From the NCBI RefSeq assembly GCF_964204645.1, contig NC_134027.1:21848560-21912559 (forward strand): DNA of 64,000 nucleotides, given 5' to 3'. A program made the translations under genes and the position numbers. The stretch is from Tubulanus polymorphus (lineage: Eukaryota > Animalia > Nemertea). Positions 52,601 to 63,604 of this stretch are shown piece after piece. Position 1 is the first letter of the stretch; each line of letters begins with the position of its first letter. The notes under the pieces are model-generated. The model worked only from the letters and a program-made list of their open reading frames with translations. It was not told the DNA's origin and ran no database searches.

Positions 52601-55600
52601 TTAATAAAACTCAAGGGTAATGAGGGCAATACGTGTAGCTGTGTGGAACATGAGCTGCACTTCGTCCTCACGCGAAGCGAATTCAGAAATCTTTGAATTA
52701 TTTTTGAATTCAGAAATCTTTGAATTTTCCAATGATATAAGCAGTGAACCGGAATTGATACATTTGGGGAAGTATGATAAATTAGGGTTTGAATATCATA
52801 TGCAATTAGATAATTATATATGTATATTACGGTACTGTTTTCCTGTGCTTTAGAAATCCTTTAAAATTTTTTCTTTGTTACTGCATTAATTGTTTTCTGC
52901 TGATTTGTTGTTTCATCGACGATCATGTCATTTAAAAATGATGATTAGAAAACTTAAACTTTCAAATTCTAAGGGTTAGGTCGAAACGGGGGTATCCTTG
53001 CTTGCCGTATTGCAATGGGCAGTCGTGATTCTTTTCGTTTTCATTTCTTTCAATCAGGCCGTATACAGTATCGCGGCGTTCCCGATGCCGCAAATTCGTG
53101 AACTCAGAGAGAAATACACGTACGACATCACGCCGTTCACGGCCGCTATGAGCGAAGGAGCTCGTAAAGCCAGCCGCAGTACGACCAGTATTTTCAGCGA
53201 TGATGACGACTTCGACGACGAAGACTTAGAAGCCGTCACTTGCTTATCAGGATTCTTCCCTCCTCAACCTCAACAAAGATCTAAAGGTACGTTTTGAAAA
53301 AAGACCCCGCACTTAACGGAACAACAGGTGCTTTAAAAAACTGTTTCATTTTAAAACCTTTGGTTACCTTCAAATAAGATCGAAAATCGATTCTATACCC
53401 ACAACCCTAGACCCGTAAGCAGGCCCTTCTAGTCTTAGACTACCTCGAAAGCTTTGAGTATTCGATATGCTACTCCATCAAAGATCTACTAAAGGTATGT
53501 ATAAACATGACATGATAAATACCTATGTACAACTGTATCTACTAACCATATTGGTACGTTGAATGTCCCATACGTATGTTAAATACCCCATTGGTTCATT
53601 GAATATCCAATCGATAGATGAGCATACGCATACGCAACAAGTTGAATGTCTCATTGGTACGTTGAATATATCATTGATATATTGAATGTCCCATTGGTAC
53701 ATTGAATACACCATTGGTATGTTGAAAATGCCATTGGTATGTTGAATGCGCTATTTGTATGTTGAATACACCATTTGTACATTGTACCGGTATACCCCAT
53801 TGGTAAATTCAATACACCATCAGTATGTTGAATACCTTGTACGTTGAAAAAACCTTTCGATTATGTGTTGACAATCATTTTGACTTGATTGATATACGCA
53901 GTTTTCAGGGCTGGGCTCTATTGTTAGCATAATTTCCAGCAGTAAAATTCTCAGGAGATTCACCCCTTAAAGTAAGCAAGTTTGAACGAAAGTATTTCAT
54001 TTGAATACGTGTGTGGCATAACATATTGCGGTGGTGGCAGAATTAGCCACCTGCAATTAAAATCTATATACAATGGGCAATATGTGAGTAGATCTGTAAG
54101 TGGATTCTAACTGAATAAGAGCCCTTCATGCAAATGGAGGTGACGATCGAAAAAAACAATTTGACGAATTAATGGATTAAAGTTAAAGGTTTCAAAGTGT
54201 CAAATGATTTCTGGAATCTAAAACGTGGTTGAAGCTAGGAATGAATCTGTAAATTCTGATAGAACTAAGACAGGTAAATGTAGAATGGAAATGTATACAT
54301 ATATGTATATATCATTGCCGTATGTATGCAGCTGGTTGTGCAAACAATTCATCGTAGTGAAACAGTTCTTGTTGTCGCTGCTCGTGACAGAAAGTGCTGT
54401 TGCAGCTGGTATTCTAAAAAAACAGATTATATGTCGCAATCAAAAAGAGAGAGAGGGAGAGCAACGAGCTAACTATGATCAAAACATATAAAAAGATGTT
54501 CGCGTGTAATTGCGCAAGTTTCGACGACGATTTTGGTTTCGGTTTTTTAGGTATGTCACAATTGATATATACGGTATCTAGTAGAATAAGCATATAGGTC
54601 ACCAATTTAACTAATTTACCCAGTAAACATAGATAGAGGTAAATAGATAGATAGCATTTCATTGGTAAACTATTTTTATCAAAGATACAGGCCTTGCTAC
54701 TAATGTATAGAAGCTTCATCAAGATTTTTTTAATTGCTTGGTTTATGGGGTAGACCTATCAAACATCATTTTGGAACCTCACATTTTTCAATTTTCTCAT
54801 CATTTAAGCCAGGATTCTTATTTGGCAGTGAAGAAAGGAACCAAAGAAAAATTTTTGTCTCATTTTCTCAGAGCATTCGTTCCCATGGACAGGAATAAAT
54901 GAGAAAAAAAAAATTATTTCCATTTGATTTAAATGATGAATTTCATCGGCGGTTCCTGTAAACCAAGCTATTTGAAAAAAGCCCCAGGTGAATGAAAGTA
55001 CTACAGCAAAACCTCTCTACAGTGTACACTTGGTTCCGGACAAGTAGTATAACAAGATAACAAGACGAGTAGTACTATATAGGTAAACTATTTATTTGAC
55101 GCACAAGTTTTCGCTACTAATGTATGGAAGCTCCACCTGATGATAGCTTCACCTGAAAGCTTGTGCGTCAAATAAATAGTTTACCTATGTTGTACTACTC
55201 GTCTTGTTATTTACTCTGCCTCTTTAGTATGAACATTTTGTCCGGTTTACACGGTTACTCTACGAATTTATACTGAAGAGGTGTTCACCGTAGAGAGGTA
55301 AAGTAATGGGGGTTCAAATTTGGTTTGTTCCTAGAAAAAAGCAGGGTCGCCACTTACCTGGATATGAAGGAAAAGTCAGGGAAATTTAATCACTTCCTGC
55401 AATTTGTTTAATAGATAACTCTATGATTTACTACCTAAGACTTAGGCCCCTCTCCGATTGTGCTCTCCCGGAAGAGGAATTGTCTACTTTCTCTTTCTAT
55501 TTCCAGCAGTTCTGCCAATTCGTCCATCTCTGTGATGGCAGAACTGAACTATTACTACCTAGGAGAATATTCCATCTTTCGGAAAAGTTCAATCAAAAAG

Positions 55601-58600
55601 TTGACTACTTTAAGTTGATTATGTAATTTTGACAATAGACTGTTCTATTACCCAAAGTCTAAAGTATATTTAGTTGTCAAAACCGCTTAATCCAGATCAG
55701 TTTAATAGCAATATTTATCTAATCCGAATGTTGTTTATATTCCACTTTAATGTGTGTAGAATGTAAAATAGGACGATTAATTTCATCGGTCTCAAATTAT
55801 CCAGATTTAACCCTTTCAGTGCTGACTGATTAATATCATTAAGTGTGGGAGATAATTTGAAAATTTTTGCTGCAATCTTTCATTAGAGATAAAAAGCTAG
55901 CAAACTCCATCACAGATTTATACATCGCACTGAAAGGGTTAAGCAAGTTCTACTGTTCTCAGTGAACTATATTTAAGGAGTGTACCCATTACTTCTAATT
56001 TATTTGTAACGCGTGCGTTTATTATCGAAGTCCGGATGAAAGTGACACGCAAAGTATATATGAGTAAGTAAAAAGAGTAACACACATCTGATACAACAGA
56101 TGATCGTAGGAATGATCTACTGCTGGTCACAGATGTAATTTATGTCTGGGAAATGAATAATCTTCCCTTGCGTGTCTAGTCTCAATCAGAAAATCGCTTT
56201 GTCCTCTGTAAGGTAAGTTCGCATTTTCGCAGAAGATTCTCTTCGTACCGGTGCGTATAGGAGGCTAGGTTGATTATTATAACTTCAAACAGCTTAGGAT
56301 CCGGTGACGTGCCGGTGTTTCAGTTAGATTTTACTCATAGTTATCGTTATGAATTTATTCCGAACAACCCAGTTTCACAGTTATGAGTTTAATTTGACTC
56401 TGCACCTAGTTCCACAGTTGTAGTTTCAATTTTACCCAGGATCGAGTTCCACTGTTAATCGGTTTAATTTGACTCTGCATACCCACATTTATAAAGAAGG
56501 TAAGTTTCAATTACAGTAGACTGTTTGCCCGGAGCTGATAACCCGCGCAAAATGTTTGAAATTTTTTTTAAATTCGTGCGGTAATGATCGATTCCCTGCT
56601 CTGAAATTTTCATCTCGGAGAGAATTGGTCGGTACTGCGGAGTCTGGGGCAACATAGTATAGACCTCAGATATCTAGTTATCCGCCTTTTTAGCTGGTTG
56701 CTAAAACATCTGAAAACAGTAAGTTTGAATAGAGGCTTGAAAGAAGCTCCAAACAGAATACAGTAAAAACCATACATAAATTGGATTTCCATTAGTCCAA
56801 TAAACACTTAAGTTACAGTTTATGGTCTGAATGTCTTGAAATGTATGAAATCCACTTTCTATGGTGGCAGAACTTGAAGTATGTGCAGGAGCGGATCCAA
56901 GGTTAACGGAAAGGGCTGTCCACATACACTATGATTTTTATAACCTCTTTAATGGTGAAAAACCTAATTGCCACTACAAAATTTTAAAATTCTTTCAGTT
57001 GCTCAAGCTTAATTTTGACTTTTCTTCCCAAAGTATTCAGTCTGGAATATTTGGGGATGGAATGAAGAAACCTCAACTTTTAGGGGGGTATCTGGACCCC
57101 ACAGACACCCCACCCCTCTACCCCCTCCATCCCCCTCCACTGATGAGTTATCTCGTAGTCAGCGGCAACATGATGATTATACCACTACATTTTATAACAG
57201 GTAGCACTGCTATTCTAAATTACCATTCAGACAGTTTTCTTTGCGTTCGTATTTTCAGGTGAACCGACTACCGACGGCACGACGATGGTAAACGACATCT
57301 CGAACGTGAGTCCGGGCGCGTACGCCGCGAACCCTCACGAGCATAAATCGCTATCTCCGGCGTATATGGAACGAATGTGCACCGATATCAACTATCTGCA
57401 GAAACATTACCAGAAATTACGTCAAAGACAGCGTCAAGCGCATGTCATCATCGCGAGTAAGTATATTGGAATCGGTGATAAGGTACCGTTTTCAACCCTC
57501 TTCCCTTCTAACTTTCGGGTAGATTTTTTGCCGAAGCCATTACAGTCGATGTGGATTTCATTTGATTTCGGATCTGGCACATCAACACTGCTGTAGGTTC
57601 AATTCGACTTCAGAATTAGTTCTAATGTTGTTGGGGTAAATTTGACTGGAGACTCAGTCATATTTTGTGGTTAACCCTTAAACTAACCCTAGGGTTTAAT
57701 TTGAAATCAGAGATTGAATAAATCTACCCTAAGTCAACCAGAACCCAGGGGCTAGTTCCATAGTCAGGGCTTAGACTTAAGACCAGTCTTAGGCGTCTTA
57801 GTTCTATAGCCAATCTAACAACTTAAGACCAGTCTTAAGATTTAGACAACTTTTGGTCTTTAGTCTTGACTGTGGAACCAGCCCCTGATCCATAGTTCTT
57901 TGGTTAAGATTTGACTTGGAGATGAAACATTGGAAATGAACCAATTTCAACTCAAACTTTAAACCCTTTCAGTGCTGACTAATTATACCCTAAAGTGCTG
58001 GAAATAATTTGAAATCATTTGATGTATCATTAGTTACTAATATTTCGACATCTTTAACAGCATTTGATTTTGACACTAAATGCACATCTGTTGAGCTTTA
58101 TTTCCTAATCCAACTAAACTAATCAATAAAAATCGAATCTTTTCTCATTTCGTTTTAATTTGTGGCAGACGATTTCGAAGCGGATCCGTTGTCGTCACTA
58201 TTGGTTACTGCTAGATTGAGCGATACAATTCAATATCGTGTCGTACCAAGAGTTAGTTTAATTCCCGGATAAATATCGAATCCGGCATCTAATCTTTCCA
58301 TACTCGCATTCGATAAAAGTACATGTATTCATTTATGCTGGTGGTTATGTTTCTGATTTTGTTTGAATGTTTTTGTTTGAGTTCAATGACTTTACCCTTT
58401 CCGGCCATACAGTAGCTCCTCTAGAAAAGAAAACCCTCATTTCTGGCGTATATAGTCAAAATTCACCTGGATTTTCACTAGAAGTACCGGTAAGGCGCTA
58501 CCAATGATCGGTGGTATTTCTGTAGACTATTGCAATTTAAAACCGTAAATAGAAATTGATGATACAAGGAAAAGAAAGTGACACAAAACACCAGTCATGT

Positions 58601-61600
58601 TGAAAAACCTAGCTCAGGCCGGAAAGGGTTAAATCCATTGCTTAAGCAGTATATCGGATCAGAATGGTCATATGATAACGAGGTGTAGGTTGGCCTGTGA
58701 CTTGTTGCAACTTGACTCTACAACTGCCAGCGATTAGCTGTCGACCAACGCGTAATTGTGACTGCTAGGGTTAGTTAACCCTAGCCCTGCATCTGCCGCA
58801 AAGAGTCGCAACAAGTCGTACATGTTTTACTTTCTGTGACGCTGTGCGACCGTCTCTTGCAGTTGCTACCAAAATTTGCTGCTCTTACGACTGACTGAGA
58901 CTGGTCGCATACTATCGTTGACGATCTATATGCTCATTCGCGACCAGTTGCATGTTGTGTTGCAAGAAATTGTGAGTTGACCACGCCCGCCTTGAGGAAA
59001 AGCCACTGTTGCTTTTTGAATTTTCACCATATCAAATAACGTCGAATCAAAAATATGAGCCAATCTGCGTTTCGGATTGGACACACATGATTATCAATAT
59101 GGCAGCAACGTCGAAACTTGGCCCAAGATTTTTATAGTTTTTTTACTTTCTTATCGGATTATAGAGGAAGCTTGTTATTAGGAAATATACTATGGACCTA
59201 GCATTACTGGTCTTGACATTTAAAAACATCTACGTCTTGGAATTTATGGAAAAATTCTGATATCATTGAATACATATAATGTATACATCTATGAATATAA
59301 CATATATATGCGCAATGTTCTATTAATCAACCTGTATTTATGCATAGTATGATATATTACTCGATACGATTTGAAGGAATTAACTACAACTTAAACCGAG
59401 GGTCTAGTGGCTTAAATTATTGTATGCATTTAATGTTAACCAGCATTAGATACCGCAGTGCAGGGAACTAGTAAGTGAAATATTGTTTAAGCCATATCAT
59501 TTCAAAGTTGTCCGTATCCAGTTATGGAATTGTGAGTTTAAACGTGACTTGAGAGTTGATTATCTAAGAAATGAAACAACTGTGGAACTGGACCCACTTC
59601 CACGTTTAAGTTTTGACTCAAGAGTGAATTCATCAACGATAACTCTTGACTTCGATCTTCACTCGGAGCCATTGAACTGGTATCATTTAAATTTGAACTG
59701 TTCACTGTTTATTAATTCTCATACGCCGTGATCACACGGATAAGATTTGGCCTGGATCAGGCCCGAGTCAAATTTGACCCTTGCCTACGTGACAATTAGA
59801 GACGTAAACTACTCACTACTAAACAATGCCTCGACAAAGCGAAGTGAGTCACTTCTGGAACCAGTTGCAATTCACATGCGATAATGTGACCAGTGCTAAA
59901 ATTTGACTCGGGCCTTGTCCGTTGTTTTTGGGCAGACTAAATTTCGCCCGGGCCTAAAACGCCAGTGTGATCACGGCTGTATTGTTGCGATGAGTATCTA
60001 ATCACTGGATAACATCAAACCACTTGCGGTCCGAGAACTGGATCATGTATATATTTCAAATACTTCAACAACATATGATTTCAACTAATCAAATTTTTGT
60101 TTCATTAATATTCTTAACAGGAAGTCATCGTTCTGGTAATCTGCACTGAGAATTTATTTTATAGCATATTTTTGAAACTGCGCACACCCGGTCACATTAA
60201 ATTTCTCATAGCGGTTATTCAAACGAACACTCGTGGACCTGGATTTTTCTAATGTAGATCATCGCACATATAGATTATTATTTATGATACTTTTTTTGGT
60301 AAACAGCATTTGTTACGCTTCAAAGATTTAACTTCCATGTTGGCACAATATACTGAACCCTAGGGGCCAATTTTATAGACCAGTTTCAACCTTAACTCTG
60401 GTGAGTTTTTTACAGACCAGTTTAGCCCACCGAGATTAAGTCAGGTTAGATATATAAGATTGGTCCCTGGTCAGTGTTTTTTTTTTTTAATGTAGATTGG
60501 TTTATTCCACATAACAACTTCGAGGTTAAGAACACTAATGGATTAGAATTAGTTTTGAATGTTTCTTTTACAAATATAGCCAAACGCTTTAAAGTTACTC
60601 ATTTTAGATCATTTTAAGGGAAATGTAAGCCTTCATTGGCTTGAATTTATTCATGCACTTGAATTTTTCAGTCACTTGGATTCTATACCCGGCTATCATT
60701 AAATTTGACTGTCGTTCTAAGTTACTTTATTTCATTCTTTCAGATGCACAAGCCCGTCATGCAGCCAGAAATCAGGCACAAGCGAAGCCAAAACTTGCCG
60801 CGGCTATACCACCTATAGAAAGTCCGGTGGCCGTAAATCATTTATTCATTCCGAAAAAAGGCATGGGAAACAAGAACCGTAAAATCACCGAAGCTCCGCG
60901 CATCGCTCCGATGTTCCCGCACAGCAGCCTGATTACGACGCAATTACACTACCGTCCTCCATCGGCGGGAAAAAAGAAAAAACACGAACGCAAGCTGAGT
61001 TCGTCGTCGTTCGATAGCGTCAGTAGTAACATCACGCGCGGCTCGTCGGTGACCAGCGACGGTCCGTGTTCAACAACAAGCAGCGATCGCCGCGGCAGCA
61101 ACGCCTCGTCGACGTGTACGTTAGACTCGCAGCAGACGGAAACGGAAATTCGACCAGCGGATGGCGAATGCATCGAGGAAGAGATTAAGGAGGGCGTTAG
61201 CGTTGATAACGAGGGTGCACACTTCGACGTAGATGGCGTTGGCGCCGCAAACGAGGGTACCGAGGATGTTAGCGTCGACGTAGATGGCGCTGGCGTGGAC
61301 AAAAGCGCTAAAAACCCCGATATCGGCGACTATTCGAAAACTAAGTCCGACGAGACGAGCTGCGAAAACGCGCCAGACGATAGCTTCGGCGATAACAATG
61401 ATATTGCATACAGCTGCGGAGAATTAAGCGACAGCACGATACATAGCGAGCACAGCGACGCCAGCGAGAATAGCGTTTTCAAAGAAAAACTGTTTAAAGA
61501 ATGGAAAAATCACGAAAGCAAACTATCGTCGGACTTGGTTTTATTTGAGTCGCGTAGTAATAGCGTCGACTGCGGCAGTCCGACTCGAGATGCCGCCGAC

Positions 61601-62068
61601 GATGGCATGTCGCGTCCCACGCTGCTCGAATTGTCGCGACGTAAAAGCTACCCGGATAAAGGCCCGCTGGCCATGACGAGTCGCTACGGCAACGAGGATC
61701 TATCGGCGACCGGGCGCGACACGGACAGTCACGACTCTACGGCGGCATACGTCACGAAGTTGACGTATAAATCTCAGAAAACAGCTCAGTTGGAGAAGGC
61801 GCCGATCGCGTCGCCATCAGAAAGTCCGAATAAAACGTTCAATCCGTTTCCGTTCAGGCATTTAAGCGAAAGTCGCGCGAAAAACGGAATCAAGCTCGGG
61901 TTGTATCGCGCGAACGCCGCGCAACAATCGGCCGTCGACGAAACGAACGGTCGACAACAACGACAATCATCGGTGAAACAGATCAATCGTTCGCATATAA
62001 ACGCGTGTTTACATCGTCAGTACATGGCCGAAATCAGGGAAACCGGGCGGAAAAATTCCAACCGATAG
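15181..62068 (+). CDS. TBC1D30: TBC1 domain family member 30-like Rab GTPase-activating protein (spliced, 5'-incomplete, ~933 codons over 10 exons)
   Basis: Joined exons give IDTRIKFSIEP..FQQWKDAMKAVARL..VWLSLAD..IVKDLHRTG..GYCQGFN..LRALSVDMAVFRDLL..YEPPLTNVFTMQWFLTLFATCLP..LREKYTYDITPF, which I recognise as TBC1D30. The Arg finger (IxxDxxR) and Gln finger (YxQ) are intact. All introns are GT-AG with matching phases. Confidence 0.95.
16942..16985. repeat. (AT)n microsatellite
   Basis: Uninterrupted AT run. Confidence 0.97.
19235..19635 (+). mobile_element. tRNA-derived SINE
   Basis: A-box TGGCCGAGTGG (19246-19256) and B-box GGTTCAAACC (19299-19308) with Ser/Leu-like spacing but no closable acceptor stem. 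A ~300-nt body ends in a tail (tatagcgcgttcga...ctatcaaaatg) resembling L2/CR1-type 3' ends. Confidence 0.72.
19988..20309. mobile_element. MITE family C
   Basis: Same TIRs and interior (gaaaccctgccac, caggtacatgcgcag, ccaatcag). Confidence 0.78.
20893..21212. mobile_element. MITE family C
   Basis: Same TIRs and interior. Confidence 0.78.
22240..22625 (+). mobile_element. 5'-truncated L2/CR1-group LINE with (ATT)n tail
   Basis: YLQDLL..YVPSRPLRSS..LKTFGGRSFSVTAVALWNSL..KQALKTFL followed by a short 3' UTR and (ATT)n at 22560-22625. Confidence 0.88.
22636..22864. mobile_element. Penelope-like pseudo-LTR remnant with inverted arms
   Basis: ~65-bp inverted repeat (22688-22752 vs 22779-22848) carrying fragments of CTGATGAAGCT...AGCGAAAGCTTGTG; same family as 55056-55265 and 54660-54722. 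Confidence 0.65.
23046..23058 (+). promoter_or_regulatory. RFX X-box-like motif in a CpG-rich intronic island
   Basis: GTCGCTAGGCAAC fits the X-box consensus and has a perfect RGCAAC half-site; function not demonstrated. Confidence 0.45.
26130..26416. mobile_element. piggyBac-like MITE family A
   Basis: TTAA|CCCTTCCAGTGC...GCACTGAAAGGG|TTAA. Confidence 0.9.
28007..28390 (-). mobile_element. 5'-truncated Penelope-like element (GIY-YIG C-terminus, hammerhead motif, inverted terminal duplication)
   Basis: Minus frame KRHIVESALITRHSDISTNLNNG resembles a GIY-YIG endonuclease C-terminus. It is followed by a hammerhead-like motif, AATAAA, and a ~50-bp inverted repeat (28007-28060 vs 28337-28390). 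Confidence 0.8.
28080..28125 (-). ncRNA. Minimal type I hammerhead ribozyme motif, probably inactive (GAAA to AAAA)
   Basis: CAC-CTGACGA-T-GATCTC-tagggt-GAGATC-AAAA-CG-TC-GTG: 3-bp stem I, 6-bp stem II, and palindromic ACGT in place of stem III. Confidence 0.72.
29913..30191. mobile_element. piggyBac-like MITE family A
   Basis: TTAA|CCCTTTCAGTGC...CCCTGAAAGGG|TTAA. Confidence 0.9.
31835..32133. mobile_element. Family B MITE, both ends
   Basis: tat|AGCCGTGATCACA...TGTGATCGCGGCT|tat, consistent with a 3-bp TSD. Confidence 0.8.
32221..32348 (+). CDS. TBC1D30: TBC1D30 coding exon
   Basis: tttcag|GA...AAA|gtacgt; 128 nt, phase 1-0; IDTRIKFSIEPIGGDDAFQQWKDAMKAVARLPLGIPNEFRKK. Confidence 0.95.
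32368..32646. mobile_element. piggyBac-like MITE family A
   Basis: TTAA|CCCTTTCCGTGC...GCACTGAAAGGG|TTAA; starts 19 bp after the donor at 32348. Confidence 0.9.
34849..35078. mobile_element. Family B MITE, both ends
   Basis: AGCCGCGATC...GATCGCGGCT; further fragments at ~34529-34640 and ~35110-35203. Confidence 0.75.
35909..36300. repeat. Minisatellite, 48/60-bp units
   Basis: TTGATAATTCATGTTTCGA[ATAAAGTTTTGA]GTTCTGATGGGTTCTATTTCGGGATGTC, about 7 copies. Confidence 0.92.
40104..40700. repeat. Minisatellite, ~30-bp unit, ~20 copies
   Basis: Consensus CTGCTGTGGTTCTGTTTGAAACCAGTACGT repeated head-to-tail. Confidence 0.95.
42560..42800 (-). pseudogene. Degenerate LINE reverse-transcriptase fragment
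   Basis: Manual minus-strand translation gives VDFDKAFDK...LKWLRSYL and, after disruption, TSGVMQGSIL. Confidence 0.75.
44055..44358. mobile_element. Family B MITE
   Basis: agctgcgaacacacgag...gtgtgatc with core; other copies at about 21863-22120, 27600-27871, 29085-29312, 32935-33180, 37135-37400, 38290-38516 and 39327-39635. Confidence 0.75.
44482..44607 (+). CDS. TBC1D30: TBC1D30 coding exon
   Basis: tttcag|GTA...AAG|gtaatg; 126 nt; VWLSLADNHIQSLQVDWEKTTRFAFNEKSNPDDNKLGRQIVK. Confidence 0.96.
47447..47742 (-). mobile_element. 5'-truncated L2/CR1-group LINE
   Basis: YRLKTFVGRSFQCIDPTLWNSLDANIRNITEINTFKQRVKHLLF plus an (ATT)-like tail; similar to the 22240 copy. Confidence 0.85.
48549..48734 (+). 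CDS. TBC1D30: TBC1D30 coding exon (catalytic Arg/Gln fingers)
   Basis: ctcag|GAT...AAG|gtagaa; 186 nt; DLHRTGYSGFSGQDNEEDRAVLKRVLLAYARWNKQVGYCQGFNMLAALILEVMERKEDDALK (not in the ORF track). Confidence 0.96.
50189..50504. mobile_element. MITE family C
   Basis: Same TIRs and interior; shorter relatives at ~15953-16069, ~50841-51000 and ~62274-62480. Confidence 0.78.
50622..50787 (+). CDS. TBC1D30: TBC1D30 coding exon
   Basis: ttgcag|GTG...CTG|gtatgt; 166 nt, phase 0-1; VMIFLIDDVLPESYFANNLRALSVDMAVFRDLLRIQLPDLSRHLDDLQ. Confidence 0.96.
51488..51659 (+). CDS. TBC1D30: TBC1D30 coding exon
   Basis: ttttag|GT...TCA|gtaagt; 172 nt, phase 1-2; ADYEPPLTNVFTMQWFLTLFATCLPKQTVLRVWDSVFLEGSEILLRTAIVIWDKLT. 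Confidence 0.96.
52445..52550 (+). CDS. TBC1D30: TBC1D30 coding exon
   Basis: ttatag|A...AAG|gtaatt; 106 nt, phase 2-0; RIMSVESADNFYSTMGFLTQDMLDSRMFDADDIIK. Confidence 0.93.
53058..53286 (+). CDS. TBC1D30: TBC1D30 coding exon
   Basis: aatcag|GCC...AAAG|gtacgt; 229 nt, phase 0-1; AVYSIAAFPMPQIRELREKYTYDITPF...SDDDDFDDEDLEAVTCLSGFF. Confidence 0.94.
53545..53850. repeat. Degenerate minisatellite, ~21-bp unit
   Basis: CCATTGGTAYGTTGAATAYA repeated about a dozen times. Confidence 0.85.
55056..55265. mobile_element. Penelope-like pseudo-LTR remnant with inverted arms
   Basis: Near-perfect ~55-bp inverted repeat (55056-55111 vs 55155-55210) around a CTGATGA...GAAA core. Confidence 0.68.
55811..55938. 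mobile_element. piggyBac-like MITE family A, internally deleted
   Basis: Both TIRs and TTAA flanks are present but the copy is only 128 bp; another one-ended fragment lies at ~57964-58050. Confidence 0.85.
57259..57456 (+). CDS. TBC1D30: TBC1D30 coding exon
   Basis: tttcag|GT...GCGA|gtaagt; 198 nt, phase 1-1; DISNVSPGAY...YMERMCTDINYLQKHYQKLRQRQRQAHVII. Confidence 0.92.
58395..58628. mobile_element. Second TTAA-type (piggyBac-like) MITE
   Basis: TTTA|CCCTTTCCGGCC...GGCCGGAAAGGG|TTAA with 12-bp perfect TIRs; the interior is unrelated to family A. Confidence 0.75.
59725..59977. mobile_element. Family B MITE, both ends
   Basis: GCCGTGATCACAC...GTGTGATCACGGC perfect 13-bp TIR. Confidence 0.8.
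60744..62068 (+). CDS. TBC1D30: TBC1D30 terminal coding exon (Ser/acidic low-complexity tail)
   Basis: ctttcag|AT GCA...TAG; 1325 nt, phase 1 entry; contains VAVNHLF and the C-terminal FNPFP...KLGLY motif. Confidence 0.92.
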
Positions 62069-63245
62069 CCAGAGGTGCCTCTATCTGAAAAAACATCTCA
62101 TAACGTCTCTCCAAAACGTCTCCACGGTGAATAATTCGACTCGGTTACTAAGATGATTGAAAGAAATGATTTTAACTTCTAACGGATCAGTTCTACAGTT
62201 GCGACTAGACCGATGACGAGACTGTGTTCGCTCTATTTTCGTCCTAAAAACAGCGGTGGTCTTAGGAATCCGCGTCGTCCCTCAGCACGGATTGAAACCC
62301 GATGGCTTCGCGAGACTGCTACAGCACAAAAGCCGACCTGATTATGTACTTGCACACCTTATCCGTGATGTCATTATTAGCCAATCACAAATAACGTTTC
62401 ATTTAATCCCGGGTTATTTTATATATAGCTTTTAATGTGTGTAAGTACATGTGCACTCGGGCTAATCAGGCATGGCGAACATCGGTTTTCATTGTTAGTC
62501 AAATAGTGATCGAAGCTAATTATTAAACACTATAGTCGTACCGCATTTCACTGTATCGGCCATCTTGGATCACAGCGACGGAGCTCGATCGCGTGGTTCC
62601 GGACTTAAGTCCCAACTACCGGTAACTGACGTTAGGCTTCACCAAAGTTCGCAAATAGTCGACTAACTCGGATAACCGAAGCTCGCCCAGGGTTTGTGTT
62701 TCACTGTCATCCGTAGCAAATCCGTGCAAAGGGAGGATAACGATCCAAAAAACTGATCAACTTGTTTCAGAGATCCTTTATACAATTGCGGATGCTCATT
62801 TTACCTGAGAACTTACCGTAGGTACAGGTAATCAAAAATGTACTAGCTTGACCCCAGAATCATGTTTTACCTACAACTGAGGAACTGGATCCAGATTATC
62901 TAGTCAACAATTCATCGATTTATTCTTTTTTCTATAAGGGTGTAAAGTTTTTGAGGCATGTTCGAATGAAAGCCAGTCGTTAATGATGACGTAATTAATG
63001 ATACATACAAATCGTTTAAACTCATCACAGTGAATTTCATTTTGAATTCAACTGTGGCCATTAATCATTGATCATTCTGAATAAAGGCGTGGGAAATTAA
63101 TGGGAATAACCGTAGAATTACCGAATTTCTGGGATGACGGCGCGTGAAATTATGAAAACAATGTATTAAAAGTGTTCTAGTCAAGAGATATTATTTATAT
63201 GAAAAAAATGTATTATTTGATTACAATGTATGGCGGTATATAAAT

Positions 63246-63604
63246 ATCGGATGTCCCATTAAAAGGGAAACCACTTTTTCACAGCGATAGATAGACATTT
63301 TCATCGAGTAACCTTAGGTACATTTCAAAAAGTCCCTGAAATGTGCATTTTCGGATGCAAAACAGCATGTCAAAAAAATACAGTATCGAAGTCATCATCA
63401 TTTTATACTTGAAAGAATCTTGCATTTTTGCTGTTTTAATTTGAAAATACATGATGAATTTGAGGCAAACGGCTTAGATATTTTCCAGGCTTGCGGATGA
63501 TACCCAAAGGTTTTTTCTGAGAAAATTTACGATGAATACGGTTTATCTATTATTGAGCGACTAAACCTTGTCAACAATCGGTTCATTTTTTTGGGACGAC
63601 CTAT
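63246..63604. mobile_element. Degenerate Tc1/mariner-like non-autonomous element
   Basis: Imperfect TIRs (cggatgtcccattaaaagggaaacc / ggttcatttttttgggacgacc) with TA-rich flanks. Confidence 0.5.

Noticed and set aside
54225-54273. Extra TBC1D30 cassette exon (ACAG|gtaaat donor)
   Set aside because: No convincing phase-1 acceptor with a pyrimidine tract; the flanking exons already join in phase.
5171-60000. The many 60-140 aa ORFs in the ORF track
   Set aside because: Apart from those overlapping TBC1D30 exons or LINE fragments, they fall in MITEs, satellites or intronic DNA and show no recognisable protein motifs.
60949-61986. Antisense ORFs overlapping the last exon
   Set aside because: Shadow ORFs of the GC-rich sense coding sequence with no recognisable domains.
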